Shown: in pieces, positions 50,463 to 61,835 of the stretch
Position numbering within the stretch: the stretch's first letter is position 1
Layout of the letters: each line of letters opens with the position of its first letter
NCBI GenBank assembly: GCA_963699755.1
Contig: CAVOVB010000001.1
Location: 1,312,001 to 1,376,000, forward strand
Direction: 5' to 3'
DNA length: 64,000 bases
Origin: an uncultured delta proteobacterium
GTDB lineage: Bacteria; Myxococcota_A; Polyangia; Polyangiales; Houyiibacteriaceae
Program-made: the position numbers and the translations under genes
Notes under the pieces: generated by a model
What the model was told of the DNA's origin: nothing
Seen by the model: the letters and a program-made list of their open reading frames with translations, nothing else
Database searches by the model: none

Positions 50463-51777
50463 CTCCAGCACCTCCGCTCAATGATTCTACAGCATCGAGG
50501 AAGACTCGGGCTTTCAGCTCCGTCTCGGCGACCTCTCGGTCAGGGTCGCTGGCTTCGACGATGCCGCCACCAGCCCAGTAAACCACACGGCCGTTTGCAA
50601 CGGTGGCGGTTCGAATCGCCACCGCGAGAGAGAGCCCCCCGTCGTGGTCGATGAATCCCAAGGCGCCACAGTATAACCCCCGAGGATGCTTCTCGAGCTC
50701 TTCGATGATCTCGAGCGCGCGAATCTTCGGCGCGCCGGTCACGCTTCCGGGTGGGAACGTCGCCTCCAGAATATCGGCCAGCGACACGTCGGGCCGCGTC
50801 ACGCCGCTCACCGTGCTCGCCAGATGATAGAGCCCGGAGAAAGGTTCCACGATGAGCGGTGCATCGACATTCACCGTGCCGATCTCCGCGACGCGTCCTA
50901 GGTCGTTTCGCATCAGATCGACGATCATCGAATGCTCAGCACGCTCTTTCGGGTCAGCCAGCAGCCGCTCTGAGGAGCCATCGTCGGTGGCTTCGCGCCT
51001 GATCGTTCCCTTGATGGGTCGCGTGACCAGAGTCCTGCTCGACGCGTCCCAATGGATGAATCGCTCCATCGTGCATGCCAAGACCGCATGGTCGCCGCCG
51101 TCGAGAAACATCCCCAGCGGCACTCGGCTCGCGGCGCGCATCGCTTGCCAAAGCTGTAGCGGCTCGCCGTCGAATGGCGCGGACCAGCGCCGCGCGAGGT
51201 TGACCTCGTACACTTCGCCGAAGCCGATGTACTCGAGCGCTTTTCGGATCGCCGCACGATGCGCGCCCGCATCGTCGACCTCGAGCTCGCCGATACGCGC
51301 TGGGGAGGGCTGTCGAGCTTTCAAGCGGCCGAAGCGAGTGCGGAACAGGTCGCAGGCCTCGCGGTCATCGCCTACGACCCAGGATTGTTCGGCCGCGTGA
51401 TCGAGGGCGAGTAGCGCCGGGTATCGTCGGAAGAGCATGATGGGTCCGCCAGCACGGTCGAAGCGCGGCTCCCCACGGACCGGCGCGGACCAGAACGCGT
51501 CATATGCGATGTAACCGATCCAAGCGGGCACTTCGCAGGGCTTGGGGCCTCTGGGATTCGTATCCGCGCTCGTTTCGTTCAGTCTCCCAAGCGCCGCGAA
51601 CGGAGACTTGGCACCAAACTCCACCCGAATCTCGTCGGACGGCCAGGCTGCGAGAAAGGAAAAACGTCCATCGCGCGACTCGCTTCGGTTCGAATCCAGC
51701 CAGGCAAAGCCCGGCGCCGTGCGCAGGCGCTCCGCGACGGCTAGCTCATCGATCGAAGTCACGTGTTCAGCCCACAC
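50455..51777 (-). CDS. Chorismate-binding enzyme (PabB/anthranilate synthase component I family)
   Basis: GEVYEVNL, TRPIKGT, KERAEHSMIVDLMRNDL, FPPGSVTGAPK, RGLYCG, VAIRT, AGGGIV. Confidence 0.9.
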   Translation of the reverse strand: MWAEHVTSIDELAVAERLRTAPGFAWLDSNRSESRDGRFSFLAAWPSDEIRVEFGAKSPFAALGRLNETSADTNPRGPKPCEVPAWIGYIAYDAFWSAPVRGEPRFDRAGGPIMLFRRYPALLALDHAAEQSWVVGDDREACDLFRTRFGRLKARQPSPARIGELEVDDAGAHRAAIRKALEYIGFGEVYEVNLARRWSAPFDGEPLQLWQAMRAASRVPLGMFLDGGDHAVLACTMERFIHWDASSRTLVTRPIKGTIRREATDDGSSERLLADPKERAEHSMIVDLMRNDLGRVAEIGTVNVDAPLIVEPFSGLYHLASTVSGVTRPDVSLADILEATFPPGSVTGAPKIRALEIIEELEKHPRGLYCGALGFIDHDGGLSLAVAIRTATVANGRVVYWAGGGIVEASDPDREVAETELKARVFLDAVESLSGGAGDD

Positions 51778-51825
51778 CGCGCTTCTCTACTTGCTCGTCC
51801 CGAAGCGGTAAAGCAACCTGTCGCC

Positions 51826-53175
51826 GTGCTACGCCGAATGGTCTTGCTCGGATTGCTCGCGGCGACGGCCTTGGCCTGCAAGGAATCCGTGGGCAGCTAC
51901 GTCTTCGAAGCCCGCATCGTAAGCGGCGAGAACGGGAACCCGGCCGCGAACACCGATGCGAGCAACCTTCGAATTGGTATCCAGGAAGGCGAGCTTCCGG
52001 TTCAGCAATTCGAGTACCCGATCAGCGACGGTGACTTCGAGGCGCTGCTCGCGTTCAGCAGCTTCACTCGCCCTACACGGATTCGAGTTGAAATCGAGGG
52101 CCTGAGCACCGAGCTTCTGAGCGCCTCGCCAGTCTTCGTCCCCTCTGCGAGCGGCGGCCTGCTTCGCCTCGTGACCGCGGCGCCATCTTCGTGCGAACGA
52201 GTCACCTTCAATCGACTGGAGGCGCCCCGCGCGTTTTTCGCAATGGTACGGTCGGGCACCTTTGCTTTGATTGCGGGCGGCGCCGACGCGCCGGACGAAC
52301 AGATCGAGTTCTTCGATGCTCTCGAATGGGAGTCACGTCTGTTCGTAGAAGACCTTGCCGTGCCGGAGCTGGGCAGGACCCAGGCGGCTTCGATCGACGA
52401 AGCGGAAATCTTGGTCCTGCCTGAGAACACCGATCCGTTCATCTTCGACATGCTCGACGTTGCCCAGCGAATCACGCCGGTCCTTCTTCACAAGGCAGCA
52501 GGGCCGAGCTCGGCGCTCGTTTCCGTTCCAGGCGTCGGGGCCATGGTGATTGGCGGCGACCTCCTAGGGGAAGCGCAATCGGAGGTATCGCTGGTCGAGC
52601 CGGGCGGCCAGGTGACGTTCCTTCAGTTGAGCGAACCGCGTTCGGGGGCTGCAGCAGCCGCGCTCGGCAAGGACGTCTTGGTCGCCGGAGGCAACGCAGA
52701 AGGCAACGCCGAGATCCTGCTCGAGGGCGAGCTGACGGGACAGGCGATCGCTGGCGTCGTGGATGGCGTGCGGAAGGGAGGTCTTCTCGTGGGTGATGGC
52801 GAAAGCCGTGCCCTCTGGATTGGCGGGACCGACGCCGAAGACGCGATCCGTCAGGACAGTCTCCGTTTCGACGCCTGCCCGAGCGCCTGCTCATCGAGCG
52901 CTGGACCGGAGTGGACGACGGCACGATTGAACGCGCTTCAGCCCGCGAACAGTACTCTGCTCATCGGGGGCGATGACTCGGCCTCGGTCGACCTGGTCCG
53001 CTGGGCTGGCGACGAAGTGGAGATCACCGAGCTCCTGGAAATGAGCGTACCGCGGGCCGGTGCCGGCGGACTCGTCCTGGAAAGCGGCGCGTTCATCGTG
53101 GCCGGCGGCGACGATGGTGGAAGCATCCGGGACGATTTCGAGTTCTGCGTCCCTGCTACGCTTCAACCGCTTTAG
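51826..53175 (+). CDS. Lipoprotein with Kelch-like repeats
   Basis: Lipobox ALAC; repeated PR...h-h-GG units (LIAGG, MVIGG, LVAGG, WIGG, LIGG, IVAGG). Confidence 0.7.
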   Translation: MLRRMVLLGLLAATALACKESVGSYVFEARIVSGENGNPAANTDASNLRIGIQEGELPVQQFEYPISDGDFEALLAFSSFTRPTRIRVEIEGLSTELLSASPVFVPSASGGLLRLVTAAPSSCERVTFNRLEAPRAFFAMVRSGTFALIAGGADAPDEQIEFFDALEWESRLFVEDLAVPELGRTQAASIDEAEILVLPENTDPFIFDMLDVAQRITPVLLHKAAGPSSALVSVPGVGAMVIGGDLLGEAQSEVSLVEPGGQVTFLQLSEPRSGAAAAALGKDVLVAGGNAEGNAEILLEGELTGQAIAGVVDGVRKGGLLVGDGESRALWIGGTDAEDAIRQDSLRFDACPSACSSSAGPEWTTARLNALQPANSTLLIGGDDSASVDLVRWAGDEVEITELLEMSVPRAGAGGLVLESGAFIVAGGDDGGSIRDDFEFCVPATLQPL

Positions 53176-53226
53176 AAGGACGAGTTCGCGCTCCCCGAAC
53201 CTGTTATCCTCGGAATTCCCGGGCCG

Positions 53227-55002
53227 ATGTTACGCAAGCTGGAGAAGTACGAGGTTTTGGATGAGATCGGCCACGGTGGCATGGCTACGGTCTATCGTGC
53301 ACGTGACAGCTCGCTCGACCGCTTCGTCGCCCTCAAGGTGCTCCATCCGCATCTACAGCGCACCAGCGAAGCGCGTGCCAGATTCACGCGTGAAGCCAGG
53401 AGCGTCGCGAAGCTGCGCCATCCACACATCCTCGAAATCTACGACTACAGCGGGGAGGAATCCAACGAGACCTATATCGCGGCGGAGCTCCTCACCGGGC
53501 CTACACTCAAGGATTTCGTTCTCGATCAGAAAGAGCTGCCGCCGGAAATCGCGGCTTGCATCGCCCTTCAGCTCGCCGACGCCCTCGGCGAAGCCCATGC
53601 CAAGGGCATCATCCACCGCGACGTGAAGCCAGAGAACGTTCTCATTCATCAAGACCGCATCGTGAAGCTCACCGACTTCGGCATCGCGTACATGGTCGAC
53701 GCGCACACCTTCACCGTAACGGGTCAGATCCTCGGCTCCCCCGGCCACATGGCGCCCGAACAAGTCGAGGGCGGGGCCTGCGACGTCCGCAGCGACGTCT
53801 TTTCGCTCGGGACGGTCCTCTATTTCTGTGCGACCGGTCGGCTGCCGTTCATCGGCCGCAACCCACACCACCTCTTGAAGCTGCTGCTCGAGGGCGAGTA
53901 CCCGGACCCGCTTCGCATCCATCCGTCGATTGGCGCAGACCTAGCGCGGATCATGAACAAGGCGCTATGCCGAGCGCCGGGTGAACGTTATCAAAGCGCC
54001 GACGAGATCGCCGAGCAACTCCGGACCTTTCTCGACCAAATGGGGATCGACGATCCCGACGAAATGCTCGCTCGTTACCTGGCCGATCCGCCCGGAGTCG
54101 CCAAGGAGCTCCATGAGCATTCGCTTCAACGGCTTCTCTTGCTTGGGTCGGCAGCAGCAAAGGCCGGCGAAATATCGAAGGCACAGGCCTTGCTGAGCCG
54201 TGTTCTGGCCCTGGACGAAGGCAATGAGCAAGCCCTCGAGCTCCTCGGGTCGCTTGGGCGTCGACGTCGAGCGAGCCACTTGATGGGGCTCGTCGCGGCT
54301 GTGCTCACCCTTGCACTGGCGGGTCTTGCTTATTGGGGTTGGCGCAGAATCGAACAGCCGCCTGCAGCAACGGAGTCAACCCCCGTCTCCGACGAGATCA
54401 CCGAAGATGCGGCGAGCGAACAAGCCAAACGCAGCGATGTCCCTCCGCCGCCCGCCTCCGAGTCGGGCCTGGCCGAAGCGAAAAGCACGGTGGAGGACGA
54501 CGGCAAGGACGCAGCCACAAGCACCCGACGCTGGGTGGTCTTCAAGCCCACCCCCCCAAACGTCTCGATCAGCGTAGACGGAAGCCCTCTCAAACCCTAC
54601 GGCCCCGACTTTCAAAGGGTGCGCCTGAAAGTAGGCGGTCACACGTTTCGCATCGTCGGAGCAGAAGGATGCTGCGATGAGCGGGTCGTTCGCAAGCAGA
54701 TTCCAGAAGGAGAGCGCGACTTCGAGCTGGCGGTCAAACTTCGTTACAAGCCTGCGAGGCTGTATCTCAAGGGCCCGGCTCCAGCCGACGCGAAAGTCCG
54801 AATCACGCTTCCCGGCAATCGCCAGATCACGGGACGAATCCGAGAAATCCTTCAGATCCCGATGGGCTCGCTTCAAGCCTCCGCACAGGTCCAAATTCGT
54901 GCACCTGGCTATCGAACGTACCGGACAGTCGTGAAGCTTCGTGCCGGAGCGGATTTGACAGAGCATTCCTTCGAGCTTGAGAGGGAAGGCGAAACCCCGT
55001 AG
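53227..55002 (+). CDS. Membrane Ser/Thr protein kinase with TPR-like helix and PEGA-like extracellular region
   Basis: IGHGGMATVY, VALK, HRDVKPEN, DFG, MAPE; TM; C-terminal beta-rich region with APGY. Confidence 0.93.
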   Translation: MLRKLEKYEVLDEIGHGGMATVYRARDSSLDRFVALKVLHPHLQRTSEARARFTREARSVAKLRHPHILEIYDYSGEESNETYIAAELLTGPTLKDFVLDQKELPPEIAACIALQLADALGEAHAKGIIHRDVKPENVLIHQDRIVKLTDFGIAYMVDAHTFTVTGQILGSPGHMAPEQVEGGACDVRSDVFSLGTVLYFCATGRLPFIGRNPHHLLKLLLEGEYPDPLRIHPSIGADLARIMNKALCRAPGERYQSADEIAEQLRTFLDQMGIDDPDEMLARYLADPPGVAKELHEHSLQRLLLLGSAAAKAGEISKAQALLSRVLALDEGNEQALELLGSLGRRRRASHLMGLVAAVLTLALAGLAYWGWRRIEQPPAATESTPVSDEITEDAASEQAKRSDVPPPPASESGLAEAKSTVEDDGKDAATSTRRWVVFKPTPPNVSISVDGSPLKPYGPDFQRVRLKVGGHTFRIVGAEGCCDERVVRKQIPEGERDFELAVKLRYKPARLYLKGPAPADAKVRITLPGNRQITGRIREILQIPMGSLQASAQVQIRAPGYRTYRTVVKLRAGADLTEHSFELEREGETP

Positions 55003-55017
55003 AACCCGCCTGAGGTG

Positions 55018-55929
55018 ATGCGGCGCCCCGCGCTTTCCGGTTTGATTTTCCTGTTGATGGCGGCGTCCGCGCTTCCGGTCGCCGCCGACGAGCTTTCGGA
55101 CTTCGAGTCGGCCCGTCGCAGCTACGATAAGCAAAGCTATACAAAGGCAGCGCGTGGGCTGGAGTCGCTCGTCGGCGGGGTCGTTCCGCGGGCCGTCAAT
55201 CCGGTCGTTCGCCTCGAAGCCCGCAAGTACCTGGGGGCCACCTACCTCTTCCTGGGCAAAAAGGACGCTGCCCGTGAGCAGTTTAGGCTCCTGCTCGAAG
55301 AGGACCCCGAGTACGACATCGACCCTGTGGCGTTTCCCGAAGCGGTCGTGGAGACATTTCAAGAGGTTCAAAAAGGCGCAGCGGTCGAGCGCGCCCGCAA
55401 GGAAGCCCTCGAGGCCGCGCGCCAAAAACGGGAGCGTTCTGAAGAGGTCGAGGAGCTGATTCGTCAACAGCAGCGCATCGAAGCGCTAGAGAAGCTCGCC
55501 TCTGAACAAACCATCGAGAAGGTCAACTCTCGCTGGATCGCCGCAATTCCATTCGGAGCCGGTCAGTTCCAGAACGAAAACCGCAAGCTCGGAATCATGT
55601 TCGCCACGACTGAGAGCGCATTCCTCGCAGCGACCATTGCGACCTTCATCGGCCACAACTCGCTGCGCGACGAGAACCCGGGGCCGGGCGAAATCGAACG
55701 GGCGAGACGAGTCGAGAAGGCGCTCCGCATCGGCAACTGGGTGAGCGTCGGGGCATTCTTGAGCTTTGCCATTGCTGGTGTCGTCGAGGCAGAAGTCCGT
55801 TTCAAGCCGGTGATCCAAACCAGCCGGAGGCGAGAGCTACCGAAAGACATCGTCAGCCCGCAAAGCCGCGGCCCGCAGATCCGGCTCGAGCTAGGCCTCA
55901 CGGGCGGTAAGCTGCGGCTGGAATTCTGA
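55018..55929 (+). CDS. Secreted TPR-like protein with C-terminal hydrophobic hairpin
   Basis: Signal peptide; EARKYLGATY...AREQFRLLLEEDP; coiled coil; PFGAGQFQN; two hydrophobic helices; ends GGKLRLEF. Confidence 0.75.
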   Translation: MRRPALSGLIFLLMAASALPVAADELSDFESARRSYDKQSYTKAARGLESLVGGVVPRAVNPVVRLEARKYLGATYLFLGKKDAAREQFRLLLEEDPEYDIDPVAFPEAVVETFQEVQKGAAVERARKEALEAARQKRERSEEVEELIRQQQRIEALEKLASEQTIEKVNSRWIAAIPFGAGQFQNENRKLGIMFATTESAFLAATIATFIGHNSLRDENPGPGEIERARRVEKALRIGNWVSVGAFLSFAIAGVVEAEVRFKPVIQTSRRRELPKDIVSPQSRGPQIRLELGLTGGKLRLEF

Positions 55930-56067
55930 GCGTCGGCGAATTCTGCTTCGATCGGGAGGCCCGGATCATTCTTGCTGCGCTGGCCGGGAAGACAATGGCC
56001 GGCAATGAGCAAATCATGATTCCTTTCGAGGAGTTATGGATCCATTCCAATTCGCGGGACGCTTCGC

Positions 56068-56095
56068 TTGACAGCGGGCCTTTCGCGCCTATCCT
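56068..56095 (+). promoter_or_regulatory. str operon promoter TTGACA-N16-TATCCT
   Basis: ttgaca gcgggcctttcgcgcc tatcct, ending 65 nt before rpsL. Confidence 0.65.
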
Positions 56096-56160
56096 TGGCT
56101 CCCTTCGACGCACGGGGAACGAGCGCGCGCCCTGGGAATTATTCGCTTTTTCAGATAGTT

Positions 56161-56559
56161 ATGCCCACGATCAACCAGCTCGTCCGCAACGGACGCAAAC
56201 AGATCAAATCGAAAACGGACTCTCCGGCGCTTCAGCGTTGCCCGCAGAAGCGAGGTGTGTGTGTTCGCGTTTACACGACCACACCGAAGAAGCCCAACTC
56301 CGCGCTTCGCAAGGTCGCTCGTGTGCGGCTCTCGAATGGGATCGAGGCGACCACTTACATTCCCGGCGAAGGACACAATCTTCAGGAGCACTCGGTCGTG
56401 CTCATTCGCGGGGGTCGCGTGAAGGATCTTCCCGGTGTGCGCTACCACGTCGTTCGCGGCACGCTTGACGCTACCGGCGCGGCGGGCCCATCCAATACCA
56501 ACAAAGCGAACCGCGTCAACAAGCGGTCGAAGTACGGCGTCAAGCGCCCCAAAGCCTGA
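56161..56559 (+). CDS. rpsL: 30S ribosomal protein S12
   Basis: [39 protein letters not shown]. Confidence 0.98.
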   Translation: MPTINQLVRNGRKQIKSKTDSPALQRCPQKRGVCVRVYTTTPKKPNSALRKVARVRLSNGIEATTYIPGEGHNLQEHSVVLIRGGRVKDLPGVRYHVVRGTLDATGAAGPSNTNKANRVNKRSKYGVKRPKA

Positions 56560-56572
56560 GCAAGTCTAAGTC

Positions 56573-57043
56573 ATGAGTCGTCGAGTTAGCGCACCAAAGA
56601 GACAGATCATCCCCGACGCCAAGTACGGCGATCAGTTGGTGGCGAAGTTCGTCAACTCGCTGATGCTTGCAGGCAAGCGGTCAACGGCCGAGAAGTGCCT
56701 CTACAGCGCCTTCGAAATCATCGAAGAGCGCTATAAGGACCAGCCGCTCGACGTGTTCAAAAAGGCACTCGATGCGGTCAAGCCTCGGGTCGAGGTCAAG
56801 AGCCGCCGTGTTGGTGGTGCAACGTATCAGGTTCCGGTCGAGGTTCGCTCCGACCGGCGCAATGCGCTCGCAATGCGGTGGCTGGTCCAGTACTCGCGGG
56901 CGCGCGGCGAGAAGTCCATGGAAGAGCGCCTGGCGGCCGAGCTCATGGAGGCCTCGCAGGGCCGCGGAAACGCCGTAAAGAAGCGGGAAGACACACACAA
57001 GATGGCCGACGCAAACAAGGCGTTTGCGCACTATCGCTGGTAA
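56573..57043 (+). CDS. rpsG: 30S ribosomal protein S7
   Basis: [28 protein letters not shown]. Confidence 0.98.
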   Translation: MSRRVSAPKRQIIPDAKYGDQLVAKFVNSLMLAGKRSTAEKCLYSAFEIIEERYKDQPLDVFKKALDAVKPRVEVKSRRVGGATYQVPVEVRSDRRNALAMRWLVQYSRARGEKSMEERLAAELMEASQGRGNAVKKREDTHKMADANKAFAHYRW

Positions 57044-57177
57044 GAACTTTTTTGGCGTCTGGGAAGGTCTACGGAAACCACTCAGACAAGGAGCAGTAGC
57101 TGAACTCATGACATCGCTGACATAGAGAGAGTCACCGGGAAGACCGCGACGAATCGTCGCAACCGATGTGCCTCTCG

Positions 57178-57233
57178 AAACCCTCTCTGAGTCGAAGAAG
57201 CCCGAGGGTGGCTTCTGGGTCGGAGGGGGTTTT
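57178..57233 (+). other. Long GC-rich hairpin with U-tail in the rpsG-fusA spacer
   Basis: aaaccctctctga pairs with tcggagggggttt, enclosing an agaagcc/ggcttct inner stem. Confidence 0.6.
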
Positions 57234-57278
57234 GTCTGTCAAGCGCCAGCGTCGAAAGAGTCGAGCTCATAGAATCCA

Positions 57279-59393
57279 ATGGCCAGAAAGTACGCACTCG
57301 ATAAGACCCGCAACATCGGCATCATGGCCCACATCGATGCGGGCAAGACCACGACGACCGAGCGCATCCTTTACTACACCGGCGTCAACTACAAGATCGG
57401 CGAGGTGCATGACGGCGCTGCGACCATGGACTACATGGAGCAGGAGCAAGAGCGCGGGATCACGATCACCTCCGCTGCGACGACCTGCTTCTGGCGGCCC
57501 AGCAGCGGCCCCTTCAGCGATGATCAGTACCGGATCAACATCATCGATACGCCAGGCCACGTCGACTTCACGATCGAGGTGGAGCGGTCGCTTCGCGTTC
57601 TCGATGGCGCCGTTGCTGTGTTCGACGGCAAGGAGGGCGTGGAGCCACAGTCCGAAACCGTCTGGCGTCAGGCCGACCGCTACGTGGTTCCACGCATCTG
57701 CTTCATCAACAAGATGGACAAGGCTGGCGCCGACTTCCCCTCGGCGTTCCAGTCAATTAAGGATCGACTTGGCGCACCGGCAGTCGCGGTTCAGCTTCCC
57801 CTCGGCCAAGAGGCGGAGCTCGAAGGCATCATCGATCTGGTCGCGATGAAGGCCAATCGCTTTAGGGACGACAATCTCGGCGCAGAATGGGTCGTCGAGG
57901 AGATTCCGGCGGAGTTCGAGCAGCAGGCCAATGCGGCCCGTGCGCTGCTCATAGAGGCGATTTCGGAGGTCGACGACGCTCTGATGGAACGCTTCTTGGA
58001 GGGCGACACGGCCTTCTCCGAAGAGGAGATTGTCAAGGCGCTTCGCAAGGGCTGCCTCGAGCAGACCATCGTTCCGGTGCTCACCGGCTCGGCTTTCAAG
58101 AACAAAGGCGTGCAGCAGCTGCTGGACGCCGTCGTGAATTTCCTTCCCTCGCCCCTCGAGGTTCCCGCGATTCAGGGCATCGACCCCAAGGACCCCGAGA
58201 AGAGGATGGAGCGCAAGGCCTCGGATGACGAGCCCTTCAGTGCCCTGGCGTTCAAGATCGTCAACGATTCCTTCGTCGGTCAGCTCACATTTTTCCGGGT
58301 GTACTCCGGCGTGCTTCAAGCGGGGTCCGGTGTCTTGAATTCAACCAAGGGTAAGAAGGAGCGCATCGGCCGCATCCTTCAGATGCACGCCAATAACCGT
58401 GAAGAGCTCAAAGAAATTCACGCTGGCAACATTGCTGCCGCGGTCGGCCTGAAGACGGCCACCACCGGCGATACCCTCTGCGATGAAAAGGCGCCGATCA
58501 TTCTCGAGCGCATGGATTTCCCGGAGCCTGTCATCTCGGTGGCCATCGAGCCGAGGACCAAGGCCGACCAGGACAAGTTGGGCGTAGGGCTCGCAAAGCT
58601 TGCTGCCGAAGACCCTAGTTTTCGCGCCCACACCGACGAGGAGTCGGGCCAAACGATCATCAGCGGCATGGGCGAGCTCCACTTGGAGATCATCGTCGAC
58701 CGACTCAAGCGCGAGTACCAGGTTGATTCCAACGTCGGCGCACCACAGGTCGCGTATCGTGAGACGATCACTAAGGAAATCGAGTCCGAGGGCCGCTACG
58801 TGAAGCAAAGCGGCGGCCGGGGCATGTTCGGCCACGTCTGGATTAAGCTCGAGCCTCTCGAGGCCGGGTCTGGTTTCGAGTTCGAAAACAAGATCGTCGG
58901 TGGTGTGGTCCCGAAGGAGTTCATTGCTCCCGTGCAAAAGGGCATAAAGGATGCGATGTCCCGCGGCGTGATGGCCGGGTACCCCGTTATCGATCTCAAA
59001 GCAACGCTCTTCGATGGGTCGTATCACGACGTCGATTCGAGCCCGGCTGCGTTCGAAGTCGCTGGCTCCCTGGCTTTCCAGGAAGGTGCGAAGCGGGCGG
59101 GCATTCGTTTGCTCGAGCCGGTAATGGACGTTGAAGTTCGAGTCCCCGAGGACTACATGGGGGAGGTCATCGGTGACCTGAACTCGCGTCGCGGGTCGGT
59201 CAGCGGAATGGATTCCGTGGGTGGTCTGCAGGTGATTCGTGCATCTGTTCCGCTCGCAAACATGTTTGGTTACGTCAACGACCTTCGCTCGAAAACCCAG
59301 GGGCGTGCGGTCTACACGATGCAGTTCAAGGAGTATCAGGGGGTGCCGCAGGGCATCGCCGATGAAATCGTCGCCAAGGCGAAGGGCGGCTGA
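57279..59393 (+). CDS. fusA: Elongation factor G
   Basis: [50 protein letters not shown]. Confidence 0.98.
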   Translation: MARKYALDKTRNIGIMAHIDAGKTTTTERILYYTGVNYKIGEVHDGAATMDYMEQEQERGITITSAATTCFWRPSSGPFSDDQYRINIIDTPGHVDFTIEVERSLRVLDGAVAVFDGKEGVEPQSETVWRQADRYVVPRICFINKMDKAGADFPSAFQSIKDRLGAPAVAVQLPLGQEAELEGIIDLVAMKANRFRDDNLGAEWVVEEIPAEFEQQANAARALLIEAISEVDDALMERFLEGDTAFSEEEIVKALRKGCLEQTIVPVLTGSAFKNKGVQQLLDAVVNFLPSPLEVPAIQGIDPKDPEKRMERKASDDEPFSALAFKIVNDSFVGQLTFFRVYSGVLQAGSGVLNSTKGKKERIGRILQMHANNREELKEIHAGNIAAAVGLKTATTGDTLCDEKAPIILERMDFPEPVISVAIEPRTKADQDKLGVGLAKLAAEDPSFRAHTDEESGQTIISGMGELHLEIIVDRLKREYQVDSNVGAPQVAYRETITKEIESEGRYVKQSGGRGMFGHVWIKLEPLEAGSGFEFENKIVGGVVPKEFIAPVQKGIKDAMSRGVMAGYPVIDLKATLFDGSYHDVDSSPAAFEVAGSLAFQEGAKRAGIRLLEPVMDVEVRVPEDYMGEVIGDLNSRRGSVSGMDSVGGLQVIRASVPLANMFGYVNDLRSKTQGRAVYTMQFKEYQGVPQGIADEIVAKAKGG

Positions 59394-59403
59394 GGAGCTA
59401 ACG

Positions 59404-60594
<1,191 letters not shown>

Positions 60595-60598
60595 AACA

Positions 60599-60907
60599 AT
60601 GGCAGCGAACAAGATCCGGATTCGGCTCAAGGCTTACGATCACCGATTGCTAGATCAATCGGCGACGGAAATCGTCGACACGGCGAAGCGCACCGGTGCG
60701 CGGGTCGCGGGTCCGATTCCGCTGCCTACGCGCATCAACAAATACACTGTGTTGCGTGGGCCCCACGTGGACAAGAAATCGCGTGAACAGTTCGAGATTC
60801 GCACTCACAAGCGGCTCTTGGACATCTTGGATCCAACACAGCAAACGCTCGACGCCCTGATGAAGCTGGATCTTTCAGCGGGTGTCGATGTCGAGATCAA
60901 GTCGTAA
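60599..60907 (+). CDS. rpsJ: 30S ribosomal protein S10
   Basis: [33 protein letters not shown]. Confidence 0.98.
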   Translation: MAANKIRIRLKAYDHRLLDQSATEIVDTAKRTGARVAGPIPLPTRINKYTVLRGPHVDKKSREQFEIRTHKRLLDILDPTQQTLDALMKLDLSAGVDVEIKS

Positions 60908-60919
60908 GGCGGTCGGTCC

Positions 60920-61543
60920 ATGCCCAAGGTGAAGGTTTACAACTTGAGTAAGAAGGGCGTCGGAGAGATACATCTCGCTGACAGCGTCTTCGATGCGACG
61001 GTCAACGAGAGCCTCTTATATGATGTTCTCAAAGCCCAGCTAGCGAGTCAGCGCAAGGGCGCGGCTTCAGCGCAGACCAGGGCCGAGGTCTCGGCGACCA
61101 AGCGCAAGATGTACAAGCAGAAGGGCACGGGCAGCGCCCGTCATGGCTCCAAGCGCGCGCCGATTTTCGTCGGTGGCGGCACGGCCCACGGCCCCAAGCC
61201 CCGCGACTTCGGCTATCGGCCCCCGCGCAAGATGCGTCTAGGAGCGCTGAAGAGCGCCTTGAGCCTCAAGCTTCGCGAAGGTCAGCTGCTGATCGTCGAG
61301 AACTTCGAGCTCGCCGAAATCAAGACGAAGAAGCTCGCCGAGGTTCTCGAAAAGCTCGAGGTCAACGGCGGAGCGCTCATCGTCGATGGCAAAGAAAACG
61401 AGAAACTGCGCCTCAGCGCGCGCAACCTGCAGGGCCACTCGGTTCTGCCACCCGAGGGCGTGAACCTATACGACTTGCTCCGACACGAGCATCTCGTGCT
61501 CACGCAGAACGCGGTGCAAGCTCTGGAAGCCAGGTGTCAGTGA
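60920..61543 (+). CDS. rplD: 50S ribosomal protein L4
   Basis: [33 protein letters not shown]. Confidence 0.97.
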   Translation: MPKVKVYNLSKKGVGEIHLADSVFDATVNESLLYDVLKAQLASQRKGAASAQTRAEVSATKRKMYKQKGTGSARHGSKRAPIFVGGGTAHGPKPRDFGYRPPRKMRLGALKSALSLKLREGQLLIVENFELAEIKTKKLAEVLEKLEVNGGALIVDGKENEKLRLSARNLQGHSVLPPEGVNLYDLLRHEHLVLTQNAVQALEARCQ

Positions 61544-61833
61544 TGCATGCCGAGGAAGTCATCAAGCGACCGATTTACCTCACGGAGAAGGGCGCCAAGC
61601 TCCGCGAGGAGGAGAACAAGTACACGTTCGAGGTGGACCTCGGCGCGAACAAGCTCCAAATCAAGGATGCCGTCGAGGCTTTGTTCAAAGTCACGGTGCG
61701 CGACGTCCGTACCTTGGTCATGCGCGGTCACATGCGCCGCATGGGCAAGACCTATGCGAAAACTCAAAACTGGAAGAAGGCCGTCGTCACACTTCGCGAG
61801 GGTGAGACCATCGACTTCTTCGAGGGTGTCTGA
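61543..61833 (+). CDS. rplW: 50S ribosomal protein L23
   Basis: TEK, YTFEV...[19 protein letters not shown]. Confidence 0.96.
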   Translation: MHAEEVIKRPIYLTEKGAKLREEENKYTFEVDLGANKLQIKDAVEALFKVTVRDVRTLVMRGHMRRMGKTYAKTQNWKKAVVTLREGETIDFFEGV

Positions 61834-61835
61834 AG

